Both the position numbers and the translations under genes were made by a program. A stretch of 64,000 bases of DNA from a bacterium (GTDB taxonomy: Bacteria; UBA8248), in the NCBI GenBank assembly GCA_965261085.1, contig OZ253442.1, positions 2,720,001-2,784,000 on the forward strand, in the 5' to 3' direction. Positions 28,879 through 39,542 of this stretch are shown in pieces. Positions within the stretch are counted from its first letter, which is position 1, and the number at the start of each line of letters is the position of its first letter. Under the pieces are notes generated by a model. It was not told the origin of the DNA, did no database searches, and saw nothing but the letters and a program-made list of their open reading frames with translations.

Positions 28879-30069
28879 CTAATCCCCATACGCCTCGACT
28901 ATCACCGAAAGGCCCATGCCGCCGCCGATGCAGGCGCCCGCCAGACCGTACTTCCCGCCCCGGCGCCTGAGCTCGTGTAGTATCGTGAGCGTGAGCCGCG
29001 CTCCGCTCGCGCCCACGGGATGTCCGATAGCGATGGCGCCGCCGTTTACGTTCGTCTTCTCACGGTCCAGACCCAGGTCCTTCTCCACCGCCAGATACTG
29101 GGCGGAGAACGCCTCGTTGATCTCGATCAAATCCATATCGTCGAGTTGTAAACCCGCTTTCCTGAGCGCGATGCGGCTGCTCTCCGCCGGGCCGATGCCC
29201 ATGATTGTGGGGTCACACCCCGAAACGCCCCAGGAGACGAGCCGCCCGATGGGTTTTCGGCCCAGACGCTCCGCCGCCGCGCGCGAGGAAATCACGAGCG
29301 CCGCCGCCCCGTCGTTGATGCCGCTGGCGTTGCCCGCCGTCACCACGCCGTCTTCCTTGAATGCGGGCCTGAGCCTCGCGAGCGATTCCTCGTTCGAATC
29401 CGCCCGGGGATGCTCGTCGCGATCGAACGTAATCGTCTTCCTCCGCTCTTTCACCTCGACGGCGAAACATTCCTCCGCCAGCCGTCCGCTCTCCCACGCA
29501 TCGTGTGTCCGCGCCTGAGAGAGAGCGGCGAACTCATCCACCGCCTCTCGGTGCAGATCGTATTTATCCGCCAGATTCTCCGCCGTGATGCCCATGGGCA
29601 CGTTGGCCTGAGTATCGGTGAGCGCCGTGTAGAGGCCATCTTCCATCGGGGCCTGGAATAGCTTCATGCCGGTTCTGGAATTTCTGATCACGTGCGGCGT
29701 CAGGCTCATGTTCTCAGCCCCCACGGCGAGCACCACGTCGGCGTCTTCGGTCATGATTTCCTTGGCGCCGCTCAGTACCGCCTGAAATCCCGAGGCGCAC
29801 ATGCGGTTCACGCAGTAGCCGGGCCTGTCCAGCGGAACGCCCGCGGCCAGCGCGACGTGCCGCCCGATGTAGACGCCGTCCGAGTTCGACTGGATCACGT
29901 TGCCAACCACGGTGTGGTCGATGTCTTCGGGCGAGACGCCTGCGCGCGTCATCGCCTCTTTCGCCGCCAGCGCGCCCAGTTCCGTGGCCGACATCTCCTT
30001 CAAGGCGCCCAGAAAAGCGCCGAACGGCGTCCGCGCTCCGCCCAGAAAAACGATATCCTTATCCGACAT
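28879..30069 (-). CDS. Acetyl-CoA C-acyltransferase (thiolase)
   Basis: NRMCASG, TAGNASGINDGAAA, EINEAF, NGGAIAIGHP.GASG, CIGGGMG. Confidence 0.95.
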   Translation of the reverse strand: MSDKDIVFLGGARTPFGAFLGALKEMSATELGALAAKEAMTRAGVSPEDIDHTVVGNVIQSNSDGVYIGRHVALAAGVPLDRPGYCVNRMCASGFQAVLSGAKEIMTEDADVVLAVGAENMSLTPHVIRNSRTGMKLFQAPMEDGLYTALTDTQANVPMGITAENLADKYDLHREAVDEFAALSQARTHDAWESGRLAEECFAVEVKERRKTITFDRDEHPRADSNEESLARLRPAFKEDGVVTAGNASGINDGAAALVISSRAAAERLGRKPIGRLVSWGVSGCDPTIMGIGPAESSRIALRKAGLQLDDMDLIEINEAFSAQYLAVEKDLGLDREKTNVNGGAIAIGHPVGASGARLTLTILHELRRRGGKYGLAGACIGGGMGLSVIVEAYGD

Positions 30070-30323
30070 TCCCCTATTCCTCCCGGTTCAAATGTAAGGA
30101 AACATAATTTCAGTTTGTCCTGCTTTGTAGTGCCCTCAACATAACGCCAAGGCGAAGCGAAGCGCAAGGGGAGTCCATGCGGTGGCTAAGGAGGGTTACA
30201 GAAAATTGAACGCCGTGCCATTCGAAGAGACGAGCCGGAATTAGACAACTTCAGCGGTGAGGTGGATGACACCCTCTGAATGGCAATGGATGTCCATGTC
30301 TTGAATTCAGCGCGATTGAGGTT

Positions 30324-30539
30324 GTGGAAGTGAAGAAAATGCAGCCACTCGCAGTGATTACCGAGGCCGGGACTCCCGGTTCGGTCGAACTGCATGAGCG
30401 ATTCGGCTTCCGGCCTATCGGTACGCTCGAAGCAGTAGGCATCAAGCACGATCAATGGATCGACACGTTCCTCATCCAGCGCGCGCTCCGCCGGCGTCCG
30501 CCTTCGGAGCCTCTCATTCCGTCGGCAATACAGGAATGA
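30324..30539 (+). pseudogene. C-terminal remnant of a phosphinothricin-acetyltransferase-like GNAT
   Basis: LAVIT....PGSVELHERFGFRPIGTLEAVGIKHDQWIDTFLIQRAL matches the YncA/Pat C-terminus; the N-terminal two-thirds are absent. Confidence 0.7.
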
Positions 30540-30716
30540 ACCCGTCAGGATACCCGCCCGGTTTGCGCCGTTTCTTTATGGCTTTATGCCGGGCCGGGCG
30601 CGATGGCGTCCTCGCCATGCAGCCGCCTGCGCATGCACCCGGGATCATCACGCGAGGGGTTCGGCGCGGAGGCTCCTGAAAGCGCAGCCGGTCGTGCCGT
30701 CATGTAAAAAGCCGTG

Positions 30717-32141
30717 CTAGGCGGTTTGCCGGTCCGAATCAAAGACCTCCCATTCATGCTGAAAATCCATGAAAGCGTCACGGAGACGCCGGACCAGTTC
30801 ATCGCATTCGGCCTCGGTGATCGTCAGCGGCGGAGAGACGATGAACCAGTCACCACCATGCACGCCGCTGGCCATGCGGCGGCCATAGATAAAAAGGCCG
30901 TGATGGAGCGCGTGAATGCGTATCTTCTCCACAGGCAGAAAAGACGCAGGCAACCGCTCTTTCGTCGTCTTGTCGGCGACCATTTCCACGGCCATCAAAA
31001 GGCCCAGCCCGCGGATATCGCCGATTACCGGAAAATCGGCCGCCAACGCCTCCAGTTTGCAGCGCAGAGAGGCTCCTCGCTCCGCCGCCGCGGCGACGAG
31101 GTTCAGCCGCTCGTATTCCTCGAGCACGGCCACGCCCGTGGCGCAGGTGATCGGATTGGCGTTGTAGGTGTGTGAAAAGTTGTAGCCGGTCAGATCCGCC
31201 AGATGGTCGGCCATGGCGGCCGGGATCAGAACCGCCCCCAGGGGAGCATAGCCCGACCCCAGTCCCTTGGCCATCACCACGATGTCCGGCAAGGCCTCGG
31301 GCCAATGGTGGGCGGCGAGAAAGCGGCCCGAGCGACCGGTTCCGCAAAGAACCTCATCGAAGACCAGATAGATGCCGTAGCGGCTGCAAATCTCCCGCAC
31401 GCGGCGGAAATAGCGCGCGGGCGGTACGACGCAGCCGGTGGCGACTCCGCCGATCGGCTCGATCACGAAGGCCAATACGTTTTCCGGGCCGAGGTCGCGT
31501 ATCTTCTCTTCAAGAGCATCGGCGCATTCGTCCGCAAAGCTCTCCACCGTGTGGCCCTCCGGCACGCGGTAGGAGATCGGCGCCGGCGCTTTCGCCGAAG
31601 CCACGGCGAAACCGTCCAGAAAGGGTCCCAGCCCCTCATCTCCGGACATGCCGAGGGCCGCAATGGTCCCGCCGTGATAGGAGGGCTGGCAACTGATTAT
31701 CTTCCGGCGCTGGGCGGCGCCGGTCGCGACGACATATTGGCGCAGGAACTTGATTGAGATCTCCACGGCCTCGCTGCCGCCCGAGGCGAGACAAACCCGC
31801 TCATAACCGGGTCCGGCCAGCTCCGCAATGCGCGCAGTCAGGGCCATGTTCGGTCGATGCCGGGAGAGTCGGGAATAAGCATAGTCCAATGTGCGGGCCT
31901 GATCGGCCATGGCTTGGGCCACGCGAACATTGCCGTGGCCGATATTGCTGACGACCGGCCCGGAGCAGCCATCGATGTACTCTTTGCCATCCTCATCCCA
32001 CATGAAAATACCCTCGGCCCGTTCGATCACCGGCAGTGGGACAGTGCTGCTCCTGGCATAGAAGATGTCTTGCGGTCCTCCTGAGGCGGGACGCACATCG
32101 GAACCATTCTGCTGTTCAAAGGCTAGTTCTACGGTACTCAT
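30717..32141 (-). CDS. Class III PLP-dependent aminotransferase
   Basis: GKEYID, SGGSEA, SYHGGT, FVIEPI, FDEVLCGTGRSG, PDIVVMAKGLGSGY, IGDIRGLGL. Confidence 0.93.
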   Translation of the reverse strand: MSTVELAFEQQNGSDVRPASGGPQDIFYARSSTVPLPVIERAEGIFMWDEDGKEYIDGCSGPVVSNIGHGNVRVAQAMADQARTLDYAYSRLSRHRPNMALTARIAELAGPGYERVCLASGGSEAVEISIKFLRQYVVATGAAQRRKIISCQPSYHGGTIAALGMSGDEGLGPFLDGFAVASAKAPAPISYRVPEGHTVESFADECADALEEKIRDLGPENVLAFVIEPIGGVATGCVVPPARYFRRVREICSRYGIYLVFDEVLCGTGRSGRFLAAHHWPEALPDIVVMAKGLGSGYAPLGAVLIPAAMADHLADLTGYNFSHTYNANPITCATGVAVLEEYERLNLVAAAAERGASLRCKLEALAADFPVIGDIRGLGLLMAVEMVADKTTKERLPASFLPVEKIRIHALHHGLFIYGRRMASGVHGGDWFIVSPPLTITEAECDELVRRLRDAFMDFQHEWEVFDSDRQTA

Positions 32142-32497
32142 GTCAAATGTACCTCTAGGCGGGCGTTCACTACATCAATCACCTATTGTTAATATGCGTC
32201 ATCAGACGACAATTCCACAACTTATTTTTAGCGCTGGGTTGCCTGCATCATGTGGATAAGCGCGTCCAACGGGCGGCGAGGCGGCGAGTTTCTCGTGGGG
32301 TTTGGCCATCTTCCCTTCCAGTAAGCTTCACAAGTTTGTCACGCCGTTCGATAACAAATACATCATGTCGTCCATAGTAGTCGAAAGAGTCGTACACCGA
32401 CCAAAACCATGAATCGGTTGCGCCACTTTGACTCAAAGGCTGTGTGGGGAAAAAGCCTGGGGTGACGGGAAAGGATTCGCTCCGATTTTGCCACCAC

Positions 32498-33085
32498 TTA
32501 AATCAGTTGATCGTCCGGCACCCGGAACACGCCTTTGATGCTGGAGGTATTGCAGACGCATATCTGGATATGGGTTCTCGCGCGGAAACCGGCCCCTTCA
32601 TAAGCCGGCTCGCCTTCCACGAAGACCCCGCGCACGGTGTCTATGGTCGGTTCCTCATTGTCTTTTCGAATTTCATGAAGCTGCGCGAATACCGCGCAAT
32701 CAAGGGGTCGCCTAAGTTGGTGTAAATCCGGCGAATTTTTAGGGAGAATTTCGCCCAATTTCTCACAGATTGAAATGTAACTCGCGTGCGCGGCCCGAAC
32801 CTGCCGGATACCCGCCGCTGTCGTCAAATCAAGGCAGAGTCCGAGATCGATGATCGCCCCGACAACCGCAGGGGTCGTAATATCGGAGCCCCAAGGGGTG
32901 TTCTGGAGTTCAGCCGCGAATTCGAGCCCACGGAGCGAGTTGGCTTCCCAGAAATAGATTCCGGGGCCGAGCCAGTCGTAATCGTTTTTACTTTTTTGAA
33001 ACGGTTCGCCGGCGAGAAGACGCTCGGCCACAGATTGCTCGCACCCGTGATACCCGAGCACGAAAGTCGTCGTCAGTCGGTGCAA
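32498..33085 (-). CDS. Hypothetical protein with predicted ADP-ribosyltransferase (PARP/diphtheria toxin-like) fold
   Basis: GYHG near the N-terminus, WLGPGIYFW, and a late strand THIQICV; TTG start 3 nt after the upstream small gene. Confidence 0.6.
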   Translation of the reverse strand: MHRLTTTFVLGYHGCEQSVAERLLAGEPFQKSKNDYDWLGPGIYFWEANSLRGLEFAAELQNTPWGSDITTPAVVGAIIDLGLCLDLTTAAGIRQVRAAHASYISICEKLGEILPKNSPDLHQLRRPLDCAVFAQLHEIRKDNEEPTIDTVRGVFVEGEPAYEGAGFRARTHIQICVCNTSSIKGVFRVPDDQLI

Positions 33086-33088
33086 TTT

Positions 33089-33292
33089 CTACCTGAATCG
33101 TTCGGTAAGTTGTCCGTCGGGCGTGTGGGTCCCCAACCGGACAAGAGCCTCCCTCGCGGTTTTTTTGGATTTTGTGACTTTTTTGAGATACGCCTTACAC
33201 GCTTTCTCGAACCTGTCCGCGTCGGCGTGGTTCAGAACCCCAGAGCGATACACAATCACTTTTGGTTCCGTCTTTTTCTTTTTCTTGCCCAT
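33089..33292 (-). CDS. Small basic hypothetical protein (67 aa), candidate antitoxin/partner
   Basis: MGKKKKKTEPK...SKKTAREALVRLGTHTPDGQLTERFR; tightly coupled to the downstream ART-like gene. Confidence 0.6.
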   Translation of the reverse strand: MGKKKKKTEPKVIVYRSGVLNHADADRFEKACKAYLKKVTKSKKTAREALVRLGTHTPDGQLTERFR

Positions 33293-33397
33293 TCCGTCAC
33301 CATTTCTTTCTGTGTATCGAATACGCCAAGGCGGAAAGCAGAAGTCCAACATCGACTCGTGAGGTTCGATAGCCAGCCTGAACCATTCGTTCAAGAG

Positions 33398-33426
33398 ATG
33401 ATATACTCCATCGCGCGGCTTGTCAA
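33398..33426 (-). promoter_or_regulatory. Near-consensus sigma70 promoter of the two-gene module
   Basis: TTGACA (33426-33421)-17 nt-TATCAT (33403-33398); inverted repeat TGAAC-n5-GTTCA (33379-33393) immediately downstream. Confidence 0.7.
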
Positions 33427-33448
33427 TTTTTCGACTTGTCTGAATCCC

Positions 33449-34486
33449 CTACATCCACGACAGCGGCGTCGCGGCGTCTCCCCGAAGCCTTCTGGCGGCG
33501 TCCTTGGCGAAGTAGGTGAGGATGATGTCAGCCCCCGCGCGCTTGATGGAGGTGAGCATTTCGGTGAACGCGCGCTCGGGGTCGAGCCATCCGTTGCGGC
33601 TCGCCGCCGCCAGCATGGCGAACTCCCCCGATACGTTATAGGCGGCGACGGGCAGGTCCATCATTTCGCGCGCCCGGGCGATGACGTCGAGATAGACGAG
33701 CGCGGGTTTCACCATGATGATGTCCGCCCCCTCCTCGATGTCGAAGGCTATCTCGCGCATGGCCTCGCGCGCGTTCGCCGGGTCCATCTGGTAGGAACTC
33801 CTGTCGCCGAAGGCGGGCGCGCTCTCCGCCGCCTCGCGGAAAGGTCCGTAGTAGGCGCTCGAGAACTTTGCCGAATAGGCCATGATGGGCGTCTGGGTGA
33901 ATCCCGCAGCGTCCAGTGCCGTGCGAATCGAGCCGACGCGGCCATCCATCATGTCCGATGGCGCGATGATGTCGGCTCCCGCCTCTGCGTGGCTCACCGC
34001 CGTCTGGTCGATGAGTTCGAGTGTGGGGTCGTTCAGTATCTTATCGCCCTCGATGATGCCGCAATGGCCGTGATCCATGTATTCGCAAAGACAAACGTCC
34101 GTGATGACGCAAAGCTCGGGATAGGCTTCCTTGAGCGCGCGCACCGCGTTCTGCACGACGCCGTCTTCCGCATAGGCCTGGCTCGCGAGGTCGTCCTTAT
34201 GGTCGGGAATGCCGAACAGGATGACGCCCGGTATGTCGAGAGCGGCGATTTCCGCGCAATCGGCCACGAGCCTGTCGACGGAGAGCTGGTACTGTCCGGG
34301 CATCGAGGAAATTTCCTGCTTCACGTTCTCACCCTCGACCACGAACATCGGGTAGATGAGGTTATCCACGGAAAGTCTCGTCTCGCGCACCATGCGCCGC
34401 ATGGCGGCCGTCTCCCGCGTGCGCCTCGTGCGGTTTTGCACCTCGCCCGCGAGGGCCGAGAGTATTAAATTGTCGTCAGGCATCAT
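33449..34486 (-). CDS. hemB: Porphobilinogen synthase (ALA dehydratase), Zn-type
   Basis: [51 protein letters not shown]. Confidence 0.97.
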   Translation of the reverse strand: MMPDDNLILSALAGEVQNRTRRTRETAAMRRMVRETRLSVDNLIYPMFVVEGENVKQEISSMPGQYQLSVDRLVADCAEIAALDIPGVILFGIPDHKDDLASQAYAEDGVVQNAVRALKEAYPELCVITDVCLCEYMDHGHCGIIEGDKILNDPTLELIDQTAVSHAEAGADIIAPSDMMDGRVGSIRTALDAAGFTQTPIMAYSAKFSSAYYGPFREAAESAPAFGDRSSYQMDPANAREAMREIAFDIEEGADIIMVKPALVYLDVIARAREMMDLPVAAYNVSGEFAMLAAASRNGWLDPERAFTEMLTSIKRAGADIILTYFAKDAARRLRGDAATPLSWM

Positions 34487-35343
34487 GAAATTTCATCCTC
34501 CATTTTCTGCGTATCGTTCGCCGTCTCCAGTTCCCGGTAAAAAGAGACGATGGCCCGCGCCATATCGGGAATCGTCGATTCGGCGGCCTCCACATCGGGC
34601 CTGACGTCCCACTTGCGCGCCGTGGCGGTGGTCACCGGGCCGATGGAGGCCACGCGCGCGCGCCTCATCCATCCCTTCGCCGTCTCCTCGCCCGCCGCCA
34701 CCATGAAGCCATCGAGCGCGGAGGAACTCGTGAACGTCAGCATATCAATTTTTCCGGCCTCAAGCTCTCCCCACGCCTCGCGCAGCGCTTCACGGCCCAA
34801 AGGCGTCGTCCGGTAAACGGCCACGTCGTCCACGCTGGCCCCCATCTTCGAGAGCGCCTGCGGGATGGCGTCCCGCCCCTCTTTCGCCCGGGGCAGCAAA
34901 ACACGCTCACCCGCCATATCCTGGCCTTCGAACAGCGCGACGACGCCCTCGGCCACATATTTTTCGGCCACCTTATCGGGCGCTCTTCCCAAAAAAATTT
35001 CCACCGCTGCGGCCGTGACGGGGCCGACAGCCAGAACAGAAGTCTCCTTGGGAATCGACCCAGGGGAAACGCCCAGATCATCAAACCTTTTCTCCAGGAA
35101 TTTCGGCCCGTTCGGGCTCGTAAAAATTATCCACCCATACGAATCCAGCGCGCGGATCGCCGCATCCACAGGTGTCCAATCCTCAGGCTCCCGTATCTCG
35201 ATAATAGGTGCTAAGCGCACGCAGGCGCCCAGGTCCGCCAGCATCTCACCCATGCGCGATGCCCCTTCTTCAGGGCGCGTGACGAGAATTCTTTTACCCG
35301 CAAGGGGCCGCCCATCCCTGTCCTCGTTTATGACCTCACTCAT
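34483..35343 (-). CDS. hemD: Uroporphyrinogen-III synthase
   Basis: RILVTRP, IFTSPNG, VGPVTA, VYRT, FTSSSA, SIGPVT; position in the hem operon. Confidence 0.93.
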   Translation of the reverse strand: MSEVINEDRDGRPLAGKRILVTRPEEGASRMGEMLADLGACVRLAPIIEIREPEDWTPVDAAIRALDSYGWIIFTSPNGPKFLEKRFDDLGVSPGSIPKETSVLAVGPVTAAAVEIFLGRAPDKVAEKYVAEGVVALFEGQDMAGERVLLPRAKEGRDAIPQALSKMGASVDDVAVYRTTPLGREALREAWGELEAGKIDMLTFTSSSALDGFMVAAGEETAKGWMRRARVASIGPVTTATARKWDVRPDVEAAESTIPDMARAIVSFYRELETANDTQKMEDEIS

Positions 35344-36260
35344 CGCGCGTCTCTCAGTATCTCCGCCCCGCCATGGGCGAGAACCTCCTCGGCCACCTCT
35401 TCGGCCATGCTCATGGCGTCATCGGGCGCGCCCGTTCGTTCTCGCTCCACCATCCGCTCACCGTCAACGCTCGCGAGACGGGCTTTGATATGAAATTCGC
35501 TCTTGCGAATCTCCGCGAAGACGGCCAGGGGCAACTGGCACCCGCCCTCTAAACGCGCCATCACGACCCGCTCGGCCATCACGGCTTGTTTCGTCTCCGG
35601 GTGATCCAGCCCTTCCGTAAGGCGGCGCGTGGCCGCATCATCGGCTCTCGTTTCAATCGCGAGTGCGCCCTGTCCCGCGGCGGGCAGCATGAGTTCGGGC
35701 GCGAGCGCCTCCGTCGCCCGCTCCTCGAGCCCCAGACGCTTGAGACCCGCCAAGGCGAGTATGGCGGCCTCGACCTCTCCCGCCGCCACTTTTTCGAGGC
35801 GCGTATCCACGTTTCCGCGCAACTCCACAATTTTCAGATCACGCCGGAAGCGCCTTATCTGCGCGATTCTCCTCAGGCTGCCCGTGCCGATTCGGCTGCC
35901 GGGCACCAGCCCGCGAATCGATTCTCCGCCGCGCGATACCAGGGCGTCCCAGGGTTCTTCTCTTTCGGGTATCGAAGCGAGGATGAGCCCTTCGGGCAGT
36001 TCGCTCGGCAGGTCCTTGAGACTATGAACGGCGGCGTCGATTCGGCCCTGCAACAAGGCGTCTTCGATCTCCTTGACGAACAAGCCCTTCCCGCCCAGTT
36101 CGTGAATCGGGGAGCCGAGCATGGCGTCTCCCCTTGTGCGGACGATGATTTCCTCCACCTCGAGGCCTGGGTTCAAACGCTGCAACGACGTAGCCATCGT
36201 TTGAGTCTGCGCGCGCGCCAGCGCGCTGCCCCGTGTGCCGAGGCGCAGCATGTCGTTCAT
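35340..36260 (-). CDS. hemC: Hydroxymethylbilane synthase
   Basis: GTRGSALARAQ, GGKGLFVKE, AVHSLKD, LRGNVDTRL, LPAAGQGAL, LEGGCQLP. Confidence 0.97.
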   Translation of the reverse strand: MNDMLRLGTRGSALARAQTQTMATSLQRLNPGLEVEEIIVRTRGDAMLGSPIHELGGKGLFVKEIEDALLQGRIDAAVHSLKDLPSELPEGLILASIPEREEPWDALVSRGGESIRGLVPGSRIGTGSLRRIAQIRRFRRDLKIVELRGNVDTRLEKVAAGEVEAAILALAGLKRLGLEERATEALAPELMLPAAGQGALAIETRADDAATRRLTEGLDHPETKQAVMAERVVMARLEGGCQLPLAVFAEIRKSEFHIKARLASVDGERMVERERTGAPDDAMSMAEEVAEEVLAHGGAEILRDAR

Positions 36261-36263
36261 GGG

Positions 36264-37574
36264 TCAGTCCGATTCATCCGGCGGCGGGCCGGGCGGGTTC
36301 TCATCGCTTTCGGGCTCCACTCCGAAGAGTTTCTGGACGGATTCGACCGAAATGCCCTCCACGTCTTCTTCCGCCATCTGGCGCAGGACGGCGAAGGGAT
36401 GGTGGAGAAGCTTGTTGACCAGCGCCTTCGTCATGGCGTCAAGCGCATCACGACCGTCCCCGCCCAATTCGGGTAGGCGAAGAATGGTTTTTTCGACTTC
36501 CGTCCGGCGCATCGACTCCGCAAAGAAACGTATGGCCGCAAAGGTGTACCTGAGATCCTCCGCCTTCTGGCGGGCGAGATAGGTCTGCACCTCGCTTTCC
36601 AGGATCGCGCGCGCGTCGCGGGCCACCTCCTCGCGATCCCGTAGGTTGTCCGCCGCTACGGACTGCAAGTCATCCACATCGTAGAGATATGCGTCTTCCA
36701 GTTCGTTCACGTCGGGCGCGACGTTTCTCGGCACGGCGATGTCGATGAGAAAAACCGGCGCGTCGCGGCGGCGCTCGAGCGCAGCGGCCACGGTCGGCTT
36801 ATCCAGAATGAAACCCTGCGAGGCCGTCGAGGTGATGACGACGTCGGCGTCGATGAGCGCTTGCTCGAGATTATCGAAACTCACGGCGCGCCCCTTGAGT
36901 TTTGCGGCCAACTCCTGGGCGCGCGCGAGCGTCCTGTTCGCCACCTGGAGGGTGTCCGCCCCGCTCGCCTTGAGATGCCTCGCCGCCGCCTCGCCCATCT
37001 CGCCCGCGCCCAGCAAGAGCACGTTCTTCCCCGCAAGGGAGCCGAAAATTCTTTTGGCCAAATCCACGGCGACGGAGCTCACCGACACCGGCGACTCGCC
37101 TATCGGCGTCTGCTCGCGAATCTTTTTCGCCACGCGAAACGCGCGGGAGAAGAGGTTCGTGAGCGCCTTTCCGGCGTGGCCCGAGGCCTGGGCGACCCGG
37201 TAGGCTTCTTTCACCTGGCCCAAAATCTGCGGCTCACCCACCACCATGGAATCGAGGCTCGACGCCACGGTGAACAGATGCCGCGTGGCTTCGGCTTCGC
37301 GGTGAACGTAGAGATGGGCGTTCAGCTCCTCTCGGCCGATATCGCGTGATTCCAGGAAAAAGCGATGAATCGCATCGAGTCCCTGTTCCAGATCATCCAC
37401 TGCGCTGTAGACTTCCACCCTGTTGCACGTCGAGAGGATGAGGCGCTCATCGAGCTCGTGGTAGCCGGCCAGCCTGTCGAGCCACTCGCTCATGTTCCCT
37501 TCGGGGAAATAGAGGCGCTCTCGAATGCTGAGCGGCGTGTTGTGGTGGCTCACGCCGGCGAGAATGATGGACAT
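36264..37574 (-). CDS. hemA: Glutamyl-tRNA reductase
   Basis: LSTCNRVE, SLDSMVVGEPQILGQVK, GAGEMG, DIAVPRNV. Confidence 0.97.
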   Translation of the reverse strand: MSIILAGVSHHNTPLSIRERLYFPEGNMSEWLDRLAGYHELDERLILSTCNRVEVYSAVDDLEQGLDAIHRFFLESRDIGREELNAHLYVHREAEATRHLFTVASSLDSMVVGEPQILGQVKEAYRVAQASGHAGKALTNLFSRAFRVAKKIREQTPIGESPVSVSSVAVDLAKRIFGSLAGKNVLLLGAGEMGEAAARHLKASGADTLQVANRTLARAQELAAKLKGRAVSFDNLEQALIDADVVITSTASQGFILDKPTVAAALERRRDAPVFLIDIAVPRNVAPDVNELEDAYLYDVDDLQSVAADNLRDREEVARDARAILESEVQTYLARQKAEDLRYTFAAIRFFAESMRRTEVEKTILRLPELGGDGRDALDAMTKALVNKLLHHPFAVLRQMAEEDVEGISVESVQKLFGVEPESDENPPGPPPDESD

Positions 37575-37589
37575 ATTCTTCCGCGCCCC

Positions 37590-38357
37590 CTAGAAATGGA
37601 CGACAAGCGCGAGGAGCGCGGCGAAGAAGGCCACCATCGAGAAAACGGCGGAGCGCTTTCCCTTCCAGCTTCTGGTAAGCCGACAGAAGAGCAGGAGCCC
37701 ATATGCGCCCCAGATGAGTATCAGCGGCCAGGTGCGCACCGGATCGAGGCTCCAGTAGGCGCCGTGGCGCGATTTCGCCCACATCGAGCCGAGCAGCAGG
37801 CTCGCCGTCAGGAACGCGAAGCCGAAATAGAGAATCTTGTGGTTCAGGTCGTCCAGAATGTCGAGCGAGGGCAGACGATGCAGCCAGGCGCTGGGTCTTC
37901 TGGATTTGAGTTGTTGGGATTGAACGAGATACATCAGCGCCGAGGCGAAGAGGAGAAAAAACGCGCCCGAGCTCAGCAGCGCGAGCACGGCGTGGCCTTT
38001 CAGTAAATAACCCTGCACGGCGCTCGAACCCGCACCCCACACGCCGGGAAAGGCCGATGCGTATCCCTCGAGAATGAACGCCGCAGGCACGGCGAAACCA
38101 CCGAGGGCGATATCGCGGTAGCGGGCGTAGACGATCAGGTACATCAGGATGATCACCCACGCCATGCCGCTCAGCCACGGCCCCCAGCCCTCGGGCGTGC
38201 CGGAGGCGAAGCTCACCCCCAGCATGAGGGTATGAAGCGCAAATCCCGCGAGCAGTGAGCCGACTCCGTAGACGACGCCCACGGACCTGCCCGTGAAGAG
38301 CAGATACAGGTGCGTGAGCGCCGCAACGAGATAGCAGCCGATCAGGATGGCGACCAC
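37590..38357 (-). CDS. ccsA: Cytochrome c assembly protein CcsA/HemX-like
   Basis: Multi-TM; LPSLDILDDLN, GSMWA, YWSLDP (WWD-like); upstream of hemA. Start approximate. Confidence 0.82.
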   Translation of the reverse strand: MVAILIGCYLVAALTHLYLLFTGRSVGVVYGVGSLLAGFALHTLMLGVSFASGTPEGWGPWLSGMAWVIILMYLIVYARYRDIALGGFAVPAAFILEGYASAFPGVWGAGSSAVQGYLLKGHAVLALLSSGAFFLLFASALMYLVQSQQLKSRRPSAWLHRLPSLDILDDLNHKILYFGFAFLTASLLLGSMWAKSRHGAYWSLDPVRTWPLILIWGAYGLLLFCRLTRSWKGKRSAVFSMVAFFAALLALVVHF

Positions 38358-38606
38358 GGGATTTTTCCTCTCAGCGCAAGGCCGCGCCTCGCGATTGTGA
38401 AAACAGCCTTTTCCATCTCCGTCCACGGAAAAGGGCGAACAAAGCCATTTAGACCACCATTTCGGGCATTTTGCAATAATCCGGTGCGCCACCGGCGCCC
38501 GGGCTCAGATTTTCTACTCGCCAAGTTGGCTTGAAGCGCCCATTCCCACTATACTCCATCCAATTGAACCCGCCCGCATACTCCACCTCAGGAGGGGCAG
38601 CAGACC

Positions 38607-39542
38607 GTGATACCGCTCCCCGATATCCACCCGCCGCTGATCAACGCCAGCGGCATTTTGAGCTATCCGGAAGTTTTCACCGCCTTCGAGAGCGCGGGCG
38701 CGTGCCTGGGCGGCTACGTCACGAAATCGGTCGGTCCCCGGGAGAAGCCGGGCAACGACAATCCCGTGGTCGTATACCCCCCGGAAGGCGCGGTGCTCAA
38801 CTCCCTCGCCCTGCCCACGCAAAGCGCCGAGGACTGGGAGCGCGACCTGGAAGAGATAAAGCTCAAGAACGCAAAACTCATCGTCTCGGTCTATGGCGGA
38901 GATTCCAAAGAATTCGCACAGGTCACGCGCCGGATGTCGAGATTCAGCGACGCCATCGAGGTGAACCTGGGCTGCCCCAACAAGGAGCCGGGCGAGCAGA
39001 CCATCATGGAGAGCATCGGCCAGAACCCCGCCCTCTCCGCCGAGGTCATCGAGCGCGTGCGAGGCGAGACGGACAAGCCCGTCATCGCCAAGCTCTCACC
39101 CAACAGCGATTATCTGGCCGTGGCGGATTCATGCCTGAGCGCGGGCGCCGACGCCCTGGGCTGCGGAAACACCCTGGGACCTGGCCTGGCGGTGGACATC
39201 CAGAGCCGGGCGGCGATCCTCGCGGGCACGACGGGCGGCATCAGCGGCCCTGCGCTCAAGCCCATCAACCTGCGCATGACGTATGAGTCCTACGCGCGCT
39301 TTCGCTGCCCCATCCTCGCATACGGGGGAATCGAAACCTGGGAGGATGCCGTGGAATACATTCTGGCGGGAGCCTGCGTCCTGGGAATCGGCACCGCCTT
39401 CATGCGAAAGAACACGCATGAGGCCGCAGCGCTCACCCGTGATATCTGGGAGGGGATTCAGGAATATCTGGGCGATGAGCCGATGTCCGCGCTCATCGGC
39501 GGCGCACACCGCCCGGCGAACGGAGGCGGCTCCCATGCGTAG
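38607..39542 (+). CDS. pyrD: Dihydroorotate dehydrogenase, family 1B catalytic subunit
   Basis: NASG, VTKS, EVNLGCPN, AKLSPN, GGISGPALKP. Confidence 0.9.
   Translation: MIPLPDIHPPLINASGILSYPEVFTAFESAGACLGGYVTKSVGPREKPGNDNPVVVYPPEGAVLNSLALPTQSAEDWERDLEEIKLKNAKLIVSVYGGDSKEFAQVTRRMSRFSDAIEVNLGCPNKEPGEQTIMESIGQNPALSAEVIERVRGETDKPVIAKLSPNSDYLAVADSCLSAGADALGCGNTLGPGLAVDIQSRAAILAGTTGGISGPALKPINLRMTYESYARFRCPILAYGGIETWEDAVEYILAGACVLGIGTAFMRKNTHEAAALTRDIWEGIQEYLGDEPMSALIGGAHRPANGGGSHA

Noticed and set aside
30190-30330. IS terminal inverted repeat (GGAGGGTTACAGAAAA) next to the GNAT remnant
   Set aside because: No partner repeat and no recognisable transposase sequence; cannot be supported without an ISfinder search.
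32251-32259. Perfect DnaA box (TGTGGATAA) suggesting oriC
   Set aside because: Single box, no cluster and no dnaA, dnaN or parAB context.
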